Made by a program: the position numbers and the translations under genes. A stretch of 64,000 nucleotides of DNA from Alphaproteobacteria bacterium (lineage in GTDB: Bacteria; Pseudomonadota; Alphaproteobacteria; Azospirillales; Azospirillaceae): assembly GCA_046570145.1 (NCBI GenBank), contig JBKHVJ010000024.1, forward strand, positions 37,141 through 101,140. Direction: 5' to 3'. This document shows positions 8,711 to 17,617 of the stretch, one piece after another (within the stretch, counting starts at the first letter, position 1; the number at the start of each line of letters is the position of its first letter). The notes under the pieces were generated by a model. That model was not told where the DNA came from and ran no database searches. It saw only the letters and a program-made list of their open reading frames with translations.

Positions 8711-9358
8711 GTGAACCGCCTGTTCAGCCGCCTGACGCACAGCATTCCCGCCACGGTGCGGGCCGGTTTCGCCGCCGGTGCGCTGGCCTGTGCCCTTGCG
8801 GGACCGGCAGGCGCGGAGACGATCGACGCCGACGGGCGTTTCGGCAATTGGGCGCTGGGCGGCCTCGCCTACAGCCTGCAGCCGCCGGCCGAAAGCAGCC
8901 TCACCGTCCTGAACAGCAAGATGCGGCTCGGCGGCTCGCTGATCCCGCAGATCGAACCCTTTGCCAGCGTGCAGCCCTGGATCGGTCCCGGCACCGGAAG
9001 CAGCCTGACCCCGCGCGGCGCTGTGACCGGGCTGGCCGGCGGGCTGGCCGGCACGGGAAGCGGCGGCGTTTCCGGCGGACTGGCCGGCATCATGGGCGGC
9101 GTGCTGATCGATGTTCCGCTCGGTTCCTTCGTCTTCACGCCCAGCGTCGGCGCCGGTACCCTGCCCACCGTGCGGCGGGAGGGCGCGCCCACCACCGAGT
9201 TCCGATCGCAGTTGGAACTGGGATACCAATTCGACAACAACTCCCGCTTCAGCCTGGGCTACAGCCGTATCGTCAACGATGCCGCCGCAGGGGATCCGGC
9301 GGCGGGCACCAACAACGTCTTCGGCTTTTATTACCGTTTGCCTTTCGGCGGACCCTGA
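8711..9358 (+). CDS. Outer-membrane beta-barrel protein, PagL/acyloxyacyl-hydrolase-like
   Basis: The GTG at 8711 is preceded by GGAGGG. There is a signal peptide 'AAGALACALAGPAGAET', alternating beta-strand text, and a C-terminal aromatic end 'NNVFGFYYRLPFGGP'. A Gly-rich insert 'GLAGGLAGTGSGGVSGGLAGIMGG' is also present. Confidence 0.65.
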   Translation: MNRLFSRLTHSIPATVRAGFAAGALACALAGPAGAETIDADGRFGNWALGGLAYSLQPPAESSLTVLNSKMRLGGSLIPQIEPFASVQPWIGPGTGSSLTPRGAVTGLAGGLAGTGSGGVSGGLAGIMGGVLIDVPLGSFVFTPSVGAGTLPTVRREGAPTTEFRSQLELGYQFDNNSRFSLGYSRIVNDAAAGDPAAGTNNVFGFYYRLPFGGP

Positions 9359-9363
9359 CCCCG

Positions 9364-9388
9364 GCGACACGACAGGACATCGTGTCGC
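9364..9388 (+). terminator. Stem-loop after the OM protein gene
   Basis: GCGACACGA (9364-9372) pairs with TCGTGTCGC (9380-9388) around a 7-nt loop, 6 nt after the stop codon. No U-tract follows. Confidence 0.45.
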
Positions 9389-9493
9389 GGCGTCTGGCGG
9401 TGGGAAAACGCGCGCAGCGGTAGCGTCTTAACTGCATTTTAAACATGGTTGGATCAAGTGGACGCGGACCGAACGCTCCCCGGGGAACCCACC

Positions 9494-10045
9494 ATGGCCA
9501 CCAAGCGCAAGACCGCCGCCTCCGCTGCTCCCGCAACCGCTCCTTCCGCTGCCGCGCCCGTGTTCGAAGCGCCGGTGGAAAGCTGGGCCGACACCATCCT
9601 GCGGACCAACTTCGCGTCGGTGGAACAGGACAGCATCGTCCTGCTGCAGGCGGCCAGCAGCCTTCTCGAATCGGATTCGCCGGATCCGGACAAGGTCAAC
9701 ATCGCGCTGGACCAGAACCTGAAGCTGTGGATCGCGATCAAGACCGTCCTGCTGAACGACGATTGCCCGGTCGAGCCGGAGGTGAAGGCCAATCTGCGCA
9801 ATCTGGCGCAGTATGTCGTCTCCACCACCATGCTGGCGACCCAGGGCGCCATCGAGACGAGCAAGCTGGTCTCGCTGGCCCGCTTGAACATGAACATCGC
9901 CGAGGGCCTGCTGAGCGGTCAGCGCAACCGGATGATCCAGGAACGCGCCTATCAGATCTGGGAAGAGGAAGGCCGACCGGAGGGCTGCGAGCAGGAGCAC
10001 TGGCTGCGCGCCGAGGCCGAGATTTCCGGCCTGTTCAGAGTTTAA
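9494..10045 (+). CDS. FlaF-like (flagellar biosynthesis regulator family) domain fused to a C-terminal DUF2934-like motif
   Basis: The start is the ATG at 9494 (MATKRK). The central text 'ALDQNLKLWIAIKTVLL...PEVKANLRNLAQYVVSTT...LARLNMNIAEGL' matches my recollection of the FlaF signature (AL..N..LW ... LR..I..L..WV ... N..I..GL). The tail 'RAYQIWEEEGRPEGCEQEHWLRAEAEI' is the typical DUF2934 motif. Confidence 0.65.
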   Translation: MATKRKTAASAAPATAPSAAAPVFEAPVESWADTILRTNFASVEQDSIVLLQAASSLLESDSPDPDKVNIALDQNLKLWIAIKTVLLNDDCPVEPEVKANLRNLAQYVVSTTMLATQGAIETSKLVSLARLNMNIAEGLLSGQRNRMIQERAYQIWEEEGRPEGCEQEHWLRAEAEISGLFRV

Positions 10046-10169
10046 GCTCCTCAGCCGGTTAGAGGGCGGGCCGGACGGGTTTTCGCAACGCCGCCATACG
10101 CCATGGACATGACCGCCCGCATCGCGACACCGTGACGCGGGCAGTTTCGCTTGGTAGGCTCGGGGCACC

Positions 10170-11108
10170 GTGACAGTCCCGCCGCAAGCCCTCTCCAAAC
10201 CGCACAAGCGCATCGACAACACCCCGCTCGGCATCGGTTCGATGCTGGCGTCGGTGCTGTTCTTCTCGCTGATGAACGTCCTGGCGAAGCTCCTGATGGA
10301 CCGCTTCCCGGTGACCGAGGTGATGTTCTTCCGCAGCCTGTTCGCGCTGATCCCGGTCTGCCTGTCGATCCATCTGGGCAAGGGTTTCGCGTCCACGTTG
10401 TATACCCGCCATCCCTGGGGACATATGGGGCGGTCGCTGATCGGGCTGACCACCATGGTCGCCATGTTCTGGTCGTTCCACCTGCTGCCTCTGGGCGACG
10501 CCATTGCGCTGAACTTCGCCGCCCCGCTGTTCCTCACCGCGCTGTCGGTGCCGCTGCTGAGCGAGAAGGTCGGCATCCACCGCTGGAGTGCGGTGCTGGT
10601 CGGCTTCGCCGGCGTGCTGATCATTGTGCGGCCCAGCGGCGACGTGCTGAACCTTGGCGCCATCATCGCGCTGGCCGGCGCGCTGACCAACGCGCTGGCG
10701 ATGATCGCCATCCGCCAGCTGAGCCGGACCGAACCGCCGGACACCATCGTCTTCTATTTCACCCTTCTGACCACCGTCCTGCTCGGGCTGACCCTGCCCT
10801 TCTCCTGGGTCACGCCGGACCCGATGGACTGGCTTCTGCTGGTGGCCACCGGCCTGCTGGGCGGCTGCGGACAGCTGATGCTGACGCGGGCCTATTCGCT
10901 GGCGCCGGCCGCCGTGGTGGCGCCGCTGAACTACACCTCGCTTCTGCTGGCGGTCGGCTTCGGCTGGCTGATGTGGGGGGAGGTTCCGACCGGCACCATG
11001 GTGATCGGGGCGGCGGTGGTGATGGCGAGCGGCCTCTACATCCTGCATCGCGAAACCCGGCGCCGCGCCACCCCGTCCCAGCCGCTGCCCCCCGGCGACG
11101 GCGACTGA
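10170..11108 (+). CDS. DMT-superfamily (EamA-like) transporter
   Basis: The gene starts with GTG. It has about ten hydrophobic segments in two EamA-like halves, for example 'GIGSMLASVLFFSLMNVLAKLL' and 'LLLVATGLLGGCGQLMLTRAYSLAPAAVVAPLNYTSLLLA'. Confidence 0.88.
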   Translation: MTVPPQALSKPHKRIDNTPLGIGSMLASVLFFSLMNVLAKLLMDRFPVTEVMFFRSLFALIPVCLSIHLGKGFASTLYTRHPWGHMGRSLIGLTTMVAMFWSFHLLPLGDAIALNFAAPLFLTALSVPLLSEKVGIHRWSAVLVGFAGVLIIVRPSGDVLNLGAIIALAGALTNALAMIAIRQLSRTEPPDTIVFYFTLLTTVLLGLTLPFSWVTPDPMDWLLLVATGLLGGCGQLMLTRAYSLAPAAVVAPLNYTSLLLAVGFGWLMWGEVPTGTMVIGAAVVMASGLYILHRETRRRATPSQPLPPGDGD

Positions 11109-11287
11109 CCGCCCAAGCGCCTGTTCCGGCTCCGAATTTTCGCGCCATAGTTTCGCCATTACGCAATGATGGGCTGTACCATCGCGCCGGTGGGCAAAAT
11201 CCATCGGCGGCGCCTATATGATTGGCGGGCGCAGCAGTATCGGTGGGCGGCGGCGGACCGGCTGCATTTCGGCGCGGAGGGGGCGGC

Positions 11288-13981
11288 ATGAAGCAGAACG
11301 AGCGACGCGGCGAGAGCCGGCCTGCCGACGGCATTCGGGGGGGCGACGGCGTGAGGGAGCCGCGCTTCCGGCTGGCCCAGGCGCACGCGGCGCTGTTATG
11401 GGAACGGCTGGGGCCGGCGCTGTGGGCACCGCTGTCCGTGCTGGGCGCCTTCTTGGCGCTGGCCCTGCTGAATCTGCTGATCCTGTTGCCGGGCTGGCTG
11501 CATGCGCTGGCGCTGCTGGCCCTCGCCGCGGCCTTTCTGCTGTCGCTCGTCGTCGGAGTCCGACGCTTCCGCGCCCCGGCGGAGGATGAGGCGCGACGGC
11601 GGCTGGAGCGCGACAGCGGCCTCGACCACCGTCCGCTGCACACCCTGCGCGACCGCCCTGCCGGCAACGATCCGATGGCCCAGGCTCTGTGGCGCCTGCA
11701 CCAGGAGCGCGCCCGCGCCGCGATGCGCAGCCTGCGCGTCGCCTGGCCGGGGACCGAGGTGCCGTCGCACGACCGCTACGCCTTGCGCGCCCTGGTGATT
11801 TTGACGCTGGTGGTGGCCGGGGCCGCCGCCTGGGGCGATTGGCGCCCGCGGGTGGCGGCCGCCCTGACTCCGCGGCTGGACGGCGGCACGGCAACGGCCG
11901 CGGCGACGCTCGATCTCTGGATCAACCCGCCCGAGTATACCGGCCTGCCGCCGGTCTTCCTGAAATCCGGCTCCACCGCCGCCACCGGTCCGACGCCATC
12001 CGCCGGCCAGGGCACCGGCCAGCAGCAGCCGGCCGACCAGCCGGTTCAGATTCCGCAGGGTAGCCTCGTGCTGGCCCGCGTCACCGGCGGCAGCGGAATC
12101 CCGCGCCTGGAGGCCGGCGACCAGACCGGTACGTTCGAGGCGGTGGATTCCACCAATTTCCAGGTGCAAAGGCCGGTGACCGGCGGTACCCGCATCTCCG
12201 TCACCCAGGGAGGCCGCACGCTCGGCTCCTGGCCGATCCAGGTGGTGCCGGACCGTGCGCCCATCATCGCCCATGCCAGCCCGCCGTCCGCCGCGGAGCG
12301 CGGCACGCTGAAGCTGGATTATGCTGCCCGCGACGATTACGGCCTGTCCGAGGTGAAGGCGCAAATCCGCCTCGCCCCCGCCGTTCCGCCGGCGACCGAC
12401 GCCTTGAAGACCGACGCCGACAGGAAAGCGGCGGAGGAGAAGTCCAACAGCACCGAGAGGATGGAACTTGCGCTGTCGCTGCCCGGCGTCCGCCCGAAGG
12501 AGGCGCACAGCACCGCCTTCCAGGACCTGACCGCCCACCCCTGGGCCGGCATGCCGGTGACGGTGCGCCTGACCGCCACCGACGGCTCCGGCCAGACCGG
12601 CCGGTCGGAGGACGCGGCCATCACCCTGCCGGAACGGACCTTCAACCACCCGGTCGCCCGCGCCATCGTGAATCAGCGCAAGATCCTGACCCGCAACCCG
12701 CAGGGCTCGCGGGTGCAGGTCGCCCGCGCGCTGGCCGAGCTCTCCGCCCGCCCCGGCACCTATGGCGATGACATCGTCGCCTTCCTGTCGATGCGCACCG
12801 CCATCGCCCGGCTGATGCTGGATGAGAGCGCAGAGGCGATCCCCCCGCTGCAGCAGCTGATGTGGGAAACCGCGCTGCGCATCGAGGACGGCGGCCTGTC
12901 GCTGGCCGAAAAGGATTTGCGCGACGCCGAGAAGCGGCTGTCCGAGGCGCTGGACAAGAATGCGTCGGACGAGGAGTTGAGCCGCCTGATGGACGAGCTG
13001 CAGGCGGCTCTCGACAAGTTCCTGGACGCCATGGAACAGCGGATGATGGAGGCGCTGCAGCGCGGCGAGCAGCTGCCCATGGTTCCGCCGGAGATGGCCG
13101 ACCAGATGACGGACCGCAACGACCTGCAGCAGATGCTCGACCAGATGCGCGAGATGGCGCAGACGGGATCGCGCGACGCCGCGCGCCAGATGCTGTCCCA
13201 GCTGCAGCAGATGCTGGAGAACATGCGCTCCGGCGCCATGGCCCAGATGAACCAGCAGAACGGCCAGCAGCAGAACCAGAACTGGGAGATGATGCAGCAG
13301 TTGCAGAAGCTGGCCCAGCAGCAGCAGCAGCTTCTGGACCAGAGCTTCCGCCAGTCGCAGGAATCGATGGACCAGCAACAGCAGGGCCAGCAGGGCGAAC
13401 AGCCGCGCAACCGGCAGCCCAACCAGCGCCGCAACCAGAATGGCCAACAGCAGAACGGCCAGCAGAATCCCGGCAGCCCGACCCTGCAGAAGCAGGCCGA
13501 GCAGCAGGAGGCCCTGCGCCGCCAGTTGGGCGAACTGATGCGCCGCATGGGCGAGCAGCAGGGCGGCGAGATCCCGCAGCCGCTGGGCCGCGCCGAACGC
13601 GCCATGCGCGACGCCGCCCAGGCCCTGCAGCGGGGCGCCCCCGGCGCCGCCGTACCGTCGCAGACCGAAGCGATGGAACAGCTTCAGCAGGGGATGCAGG
13701 GCATGGCAGAACAGATGGCCCAGCAGATGATGATGGGCCAGGGACCGGCCATGATGGGCCAGCAGGGCCAGATGCCGCGCCAGAACGGCCGCGGCCGCGA
13801 CCCGCTGGGCCGCCGCCCGTCCGGCTACGGCATGCAGGATTCAAACGACGTGAAGATCCCGGAACAGTCGGAACTGCAGCGCGCCCGCGAAATCCTCGAC
13901 GAACTCCGCCGCCGCTCCGGCCAGTACGGCCGCCCGCAGGAGGAGCGCAACTACATCGACCGCCTGCTGAAGCAGTTCTGA
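11288..13981 (+). CDS. TIGR02302/DUF4175-like large membrane-anchored protein with Gln-rich C-terminal region
   Basis: The start is the ATG at 11288 (MKQNERR). N-terminal TM helices are 'LWAPLSVLGAFLALALLNLLILLPGWLHALALLALAAAFLLSLVV'. A long soluble region ends in a Q/M-rich low-complexity segment and the conserved tail 'ELQRAREILDELRRRSGQYGRPQEERNYIDRLLKQF'. Confidence 0.8.
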   Translation: MKQNERRGESRPADGIRGGDGVREPRFRLAQAHAALLWERLGPALWAPLSVLGAFLALALLNLLILLPGWLHALALLALAAAFLLSLVVGVRRFRAPAEDEARRRLERDSGLDHRPLHTLRDRPAGNDPMAQALWRLHQERARAAMRSLRVAWPGTEVPSHDRYALRALVILTLVVAGAAAWGDWRPRVAAALTPRLDGGTATAAATLDLWINPPEYTGLPPVFLKSGSTAATGPTPSAGQGTGQQQPADQPVQIPQGSLVLARVTGGSGIPRLEAGDQTGTFEAVDSTNFQVQRPVTGGTRISVTQGGRTLGSWPIQVVPDRAPIIAHASPPSAAERGTLKLDYAARDDYGLSEVKAQIRLAPAVPPATDALKTDADRKAAEEKSNSTERMELALSLPGVRPKEAHSTAFQDLTAHPWAGMPVTVRLTATDGSGQTGRSEDAAITLPERTFNHPVARAIVNQRKILTRNPQGSRVQVARALAELSARPGTYGDDIVAFLSMRTAIARLMLDESAEAIPPLQQLMWETALRIEDGGLSLAEKDLRDAEKRLSEALDKNASDEELSRLMDELQAALDKFLDAMEQRMMEALQRGEQLPMVPPEMADQMTDRNDLQQMLDQMREMAQTGSRDAARQMLSQLQQMLENMRSGAMAQMNQQNGQQQNQNWEMMQQLQKLAQQQQQLLDQSFRQSQESMDQQQQGQQGEQPRNRQPNQRRNQNGQQQNGQQNPGSPTLQKQAEQQEALRRQLGELMRRMGEQQGGEIPQPLGRAERAMRDAAQALQRGAPGAAVPSQTEAMEQLQQGMQGMAEQMAQQMMMGQGPAMMGQQGQMPRQNGRGRDPLGRRPSGYGMQDSNDVKIPEQSELQRAREILDELRRRSGQYGRPQEERNYIDRLLKQF

Positions 13982-14008
13982 CCGGGACCCGCAGCCGGGC
14001 GACGGCTC

Positions 14009-14776
14009 CTACCCGCGGAAATGGTCCTTGCGGTGGCGGAGTTCGGTGAAGACCTCCACCGCCGGGGCGCCGGACAGGCCGATGGCGGACTGCACGCCCG
14101 GGTCGTCTGCGCGCAGGAAGGGGTTGGTGCGACGCTCCAGGCCGATGGTGGTCGGGATGGTCGGCTGGTTGCGCTCGCGCAATGCCGCGACCTCGTCCAT
14201 GCGCTGTTGCAGGACCGGGTTGTCGGGGTCGACGGTCAGGGCGAAGCGGCCGTTGGACTGGGTATATTCGTGGCCGCAATAGACGCGGGTCGAATCGGTC
14301 AGCGACCGCAGGCTTTGCAGCGACTCCCACATCTGGGCGGGCGTGCCCTCGAACAGGCGTCCGCAGCCGAGCGAGAACAGGGTGTCGCCGCTGAACAGCG
14401 TCTCCGCCGCCTCGAACCAGAAGGCGATGTGGCCGCTGGTGTGTCCGGGAACGGCGATGACGCGGGCGGTCTGCTCCCCGAACACCGTGCGGTCGCCGTC
14501 GCTGAGCGCCACGTCGAGGTCGGGGATGCGGTGGGCGTCGGCACGGGCGCCGATCACGGTGGCACGGTGGCGGGCCTTCAACTCCGCCACGCCGCCGATA
14601 TGGTCGTTGTGGTGGTGGGTCAGGAAGATGTGCGTCAGGGTCCAGCCGCGCCGCTCCAGCTCGGCCTGCACCGGGGCCGCATCGCCGGGATCGACAACGC
14701 CGACCTTGCCGGATGCCGCGTCGCGCAGCACATAGATGTAATTGTCGGCAAAAGCCGGAACGAGAATGACCTCCAC
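14009..14776 (-). CDS. gloB: Hydroxyacylglutathione hydrolase (glyoxalase II)
   Basis: The GTG at 14776 is preceded by GGGAG, and the 838-aa ORF-track extension upstream of it is an artefact. Metallo-beta-lactamase motifs 'THHHNDHIGG' and 'GHTSGHIAFW' are present. The tail 'CGHEYTQSNGRFA...NPFLR' is typical of GloB. The product is 255 aa. Confidence 0.93.
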   Translation of the reverse strand: MEVILVPAFADNYIYVLRDAASGKVGVVDPGDAAPVQAELERRGWTLTHIFLTHHHNDHIGGVAELKARHRATVIGARADAHRIPDLDVALSDGDRTVFGEQTARVIAVPGHTSGHIAFWFEAAETLFSGDTLFSLGCGRLFEGTPAQMWESLQSLRSLTDSTRVYCGHEYTQSNGRFALTVDPDNPVLQQRMDEVAALRERNQPTIPTTIGLERRTNPFLRADDPGVQSAIGLSGAPAVEVFTELRHRKDHFRG

Positions 14777-14830
14777 GGCAGCGGACTCCCTGCTGTTGCG
14801 ATACGAAACCCGTGTTACGCTTGGGATACC

Positions 14831-15640
14831 ATGTACACAGATATCGTCGATCTGAGGGAGTTCTACGAGTCCGGATTGGGCAGGACGGCCCAGCGGATGA
14901 TCCGCCGGCGCATCCGCACGATCTGGCCGGACGTGCGCGACCAGATCGTGCTCGGCGTCGGCTACACCACTCCGTACCTGCGTCCCTTCATGGGCGAGGC
15001 GGACCGGGTGGTCGCCGTGATGCCGGCCAGCCAGGGCGTCAGCTTCTGGCCGGCGGAGGGGCCGGGCATGGTGGCGCTGGGCGACGAGGCGGACCTGCCC
15101 TTCGGCGACAACACCATCGACCGTGTCCTGCTGGTCCATGGGCTGGAGGGCACGGAACAGCTGCGGCCGATGATGCGCGAGATCTGGCGCGTTCTGGCCG
15201 GCGGCGGCCGGGTGCTGGCCGTGGTGCCGAACCGCCGCGGCCTGTGGGCGCGCGCGGACTGGACGCCGTTCGGCCACGGCTTCCCCTATTCGGCCTCGCA
15301 GCTGAAGCAGGTGCTGCGCGACACCATGTTCGTGCCGGAACGCACCCGCCACGCCCTGTTCATCCCGCCGCTGCGCTCGCATTTCCTGCAGAAGACGGCG
15401 CCGGCCTGGGAAGAGGTCGGCGTGCGCTGGTTCAAGGCCTTCGCCGGGGTGACGATGATCGAGGCGTCGAAGCAGATCTTCGCCGGCGTGTCGCGCCGGG
15501 CGGCGCAGCAGCCGGTCAAGCGCCGGCTGATCGTTCCCCTGCCGGGCGGTGCGGCCCCCGCCGCGCGAAGCGGCAGCGCCCGCATCATCACCGGCCCCGG
15601 CGGCGACCCGGTGGACCGGCAGCCCTACCCGCGGACCTGA
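14831..15640 (+). CDS. Class I SAM-dependent methyltransferase
   Basis: The start is the ATG at 14831 ([12 protein letters not shown]). Methyltransf_11-like text is '[38 protein letters not shown]'. It is divergent from gloB, an arrangement I recall as common in alphaproteobacteria. Confidence 0.8.
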   Translation: MYTDIVDLREFYESGLGRTAQRMIRRRIRTIWPDVRDQIVLGVGYTTPYLRPFMGEADRVVAVMPASQGVSFWPAEGPGMVALGDEADLPFGDNTIDRVLLVHGLEGTEQLRPMMREIWRVLAGGGRVLAVVPNRRGLWARADWTPFGHGFPYSASQLKQVLRDTMFVPERTRHALFIPPLRSHFLQKTAPAWEEVGVRWFKAFAGVTMIEASKQIFAGVSRRAAQQPVKRRLIVPLPGGAAPAARSGSARIITGPGGDPVDRQPYPRT

Positions 15641-16851
15641 CGCAGCGCGTCGGACAACCGGCTGCCCAGGCCGCTGCCCAGGCTTCCCGCCCGCGCCGCG
15701 ATGGTCTGGCTCAGCGTCGCCAGCTCGTCCAGCGTGCGCGTCACCCCGCCCAGCGTCTGTTCGGCGTCGCCGATCCGCTGTTCCGCGGCCATGGCATCCT
15801 GGCGGGAGCGGTCGAGCGAGCGCGCCACTTCGGCTGTCAGCGTCGCCTGTTCGTCGATGGCGGCGGCGACGGTGCCGTTGATCGCCTGGATCGAGCCGAT
15901 GGTGGAATGGATGCGGCCCAGCGCCTCGTCCACCGCAGCCGTCTCCTTCTGAAGGTTGGCGACCTGATCGGCGATCTGCTTGGTCGCGTCGGCGGTCTGG
16001 CGCGACAGCGCCTTCACCTCGTTGGCGACGACGGCGAAACCGCGCCCGGCCTCGCCCGCGCGCGCCGCCTCGATGGTGGCGTTGAGCGCCAGCAGGTTGG
16101 TCTGGCTGGCGATGGCGTTGATCAGCTTCACCACGCTGGCGATCTGTTCCGCCGCCGAGCGCAGGGAGTTCATGACGGTGGTGGCGCGGTCGCTGTCGGA
16201 CGCCGCCGCAAGGCTGATTTCCCGCGCCTTGCTGGTGTCGCCGGAGATCTGGTCGGAGGTGGAGGCCAGCCGGTCGAGCATGCCGGCGATGGCGCCGACC
16301 GATCCGTCGACGGCGCGCGCGGCACCGGCCGCGTCGGCGGTCTGGCGCAGCCCCTCGGTCCCGGCGGTGCGGACGGAGGCGATCGCCGCCTCCAGCCTGC
16401 GCCCGGCATCGGCCAGATCGATGGCCAGCCCGCCGACCTCGCGTTCCACCCGGTCGGACAGGTCGCGCATCAGGGCGACGCGGCGGGTCTCCGCCGTTTC
16501 GGCCCGCAGGGTCGCCACCGCCCAATGGCGGGCGAGGCGGGCGAATCGGCGCGCCTGATCGGCCGCCCCGGCGACGGCCAACGCCCCCACCCGCTCCCCG
16601 TCCAGGTCGATGGCGATGGCGTATCCCTCGCGCATCGTCCCGCCCGACTTGGCCGCCTCCTCGCGGCTGACGGCACGTTCGTCCAGCCGCCGCGCGACGA
16701 TGTCGGCCGCAGCCGGGTGGCCGGTGCCGATCCGCTCCCGCGCGGTGGAGGCGGCGACGGTGCCGCCCTTGCCGATGAAGGACACGACGGCATCCAGTTC
16801 ACGGCCGATGGCATCGCAGAGATCCTGTGCGATGGTGGCACTGATGTCCAA
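15625..16851 (-). CDS. Soluble methyl-accepting chemotaxis protein with N-terminal CdaR-type sugar-diacid-recognition-like domain
   Basis: The TTG at 16851 is preceded by GGGGAG with 7 nt spacing. The N-terminus '[45 protein letters not shown]...[18 protein letters not shown]' resembles Diacid_rec. No TM segments are visible. The MCP hairpin '[36 protein letters not shown]' is present. Confidence 0.85.
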   Translation of the reverse strand: MDISATIAQDLCDAIGRELDAVVSFIGKGGTVAASTARERIGTGHPAAADIVARRLDERAVSREEAAKSGGTMREGYAIAIDLDGERVGALAVAGAADQARRFARLARHWAVATLRAETAETRRVALMRDLSDRVEREVGGLAIDLADAGRRLEAAIASVRTAGTEGLRQTADAAGAARAVDGSVGAIAGMLDRLASTSDQISGDTSKAREISLAAASDSDRATTVMNSLRSAAEQIASVVKLINAIASQTNLLALNATIEAARAGEAGRGFAVVANEVKALSRQTADATKQIADQVANLQKETAAVDEALGRIHSTIGSIQAINGTVAAAIDEQATLTAEVARSLDRSRQDAMAAEQRIGDAEQTLGGVTRTLDELATLSQTIAARAGSLGSGLGSRLSDALRQVRG

Positions 16852-16979
16852 GGCGCTTCTCCCCTGTCTTCGGTTGGTGCGTTCCGGCCCTGCCCCGCCC
16901 ACCGGACCGAGAGCATCTGCCGTGTTTTTGGTTATCTTCAGACACTACACGCAACATTTACAAACGCAGAGTTGAAAGA

Positions 16980-17540
16980 ATGACGCAGCCAACCGTTCTG
17001 GTTCTTCCCGGCCTGGGCAATTCCGGGCCGGAGCATTGGCAGAGCTGGCTGGAAGGCCGGCTGCCTGCGCTGAACCGCGTCGATCTCGGCGACTGGGACG
17101 CACCGGAGCCGGAGCGGTGGGTCGAGCGGCTCGATGCCGCGGTCCGTGCCGCAGCCATCGCCGCACCGGGCCCGGTGGTGCTGGTCGCGCACAGCCTGGC
17201 CTGCATCCTGGTCGCGCGCTGGGCGGCGGGTTCCGACGCCGCGGACAAGGTGGCGGCGGCCCTGCTGGTCGCCCCGCCCGACGTCGAGTCGCCGGACCGC
17301 GTGCCGGCGGTGGTCCGCCGCTTCGCGCCGGTGCCGACCGATCCCCTGCCCTTCCCGGCGGTGACGGTCGGCAGCCGCAACGATCCCTATTGCGCCGCCT
17401 CCCGCGCCTGCGGCTTCGCCGCCCTGTGGGGCGCCAACTTCATCGATGCGGGCGAGGTCGGCCACATCAACGGCGACAGCGGCCACGGCCCCTGGCCGAT
17501 GGGCGAGACTCTGCTGAAGGACCTGCTGGCGCAGCTGTGA
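16980..17540 (+). CDS. Alpha/beta serine hydrolase, YdeN/RBBP9-like family
   Basis: The 186-aa product opens 'VLVLPGLGNSGPEHWQSWL', has the nucleophile elbow 'LVAHSLAC', and ends with 'GEVGHINGDSGHGPWP'. Confidence 0.8.
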   Translation: MTQPTVLVLPGLGNSGPEHWQSWLEGRLPALNRVDLGDWDAPEPERWVERLDAAVRAAAIAAPGPVVLVAHSLACILVARWAAGSDAADKVAAALLVAPPDVESPDRVPAVVRRFAPVPTDPLPFPAVTVGSRNDPYCAASRACGFAALWGANFIDAGEVGHINGDSGHGPWPMGETLLKDLLAQL

Positions 17541-17617
17541 TGCAACCCCTTGCCGCTGCGGGGGCAAGGGTGCGACACAGGGCGCGTCGTCGCGCGCCCG
17601 CCAGCGGATTGGAGCTT

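Noticed and set aside
16890-16960. Sigma-28-like words (TAAA ... GATAA) upstream of the soluble MCP gene, with a similar pair upstream of the MCP at 1640-1672.
   Set aside because: The spacing between TAAA and GATAA is 20 nt and 14 nt respectively, against about 18 nt expected from TAAA-N15-GCCGATAA. The GCC part is also absent. This is too weak to call.
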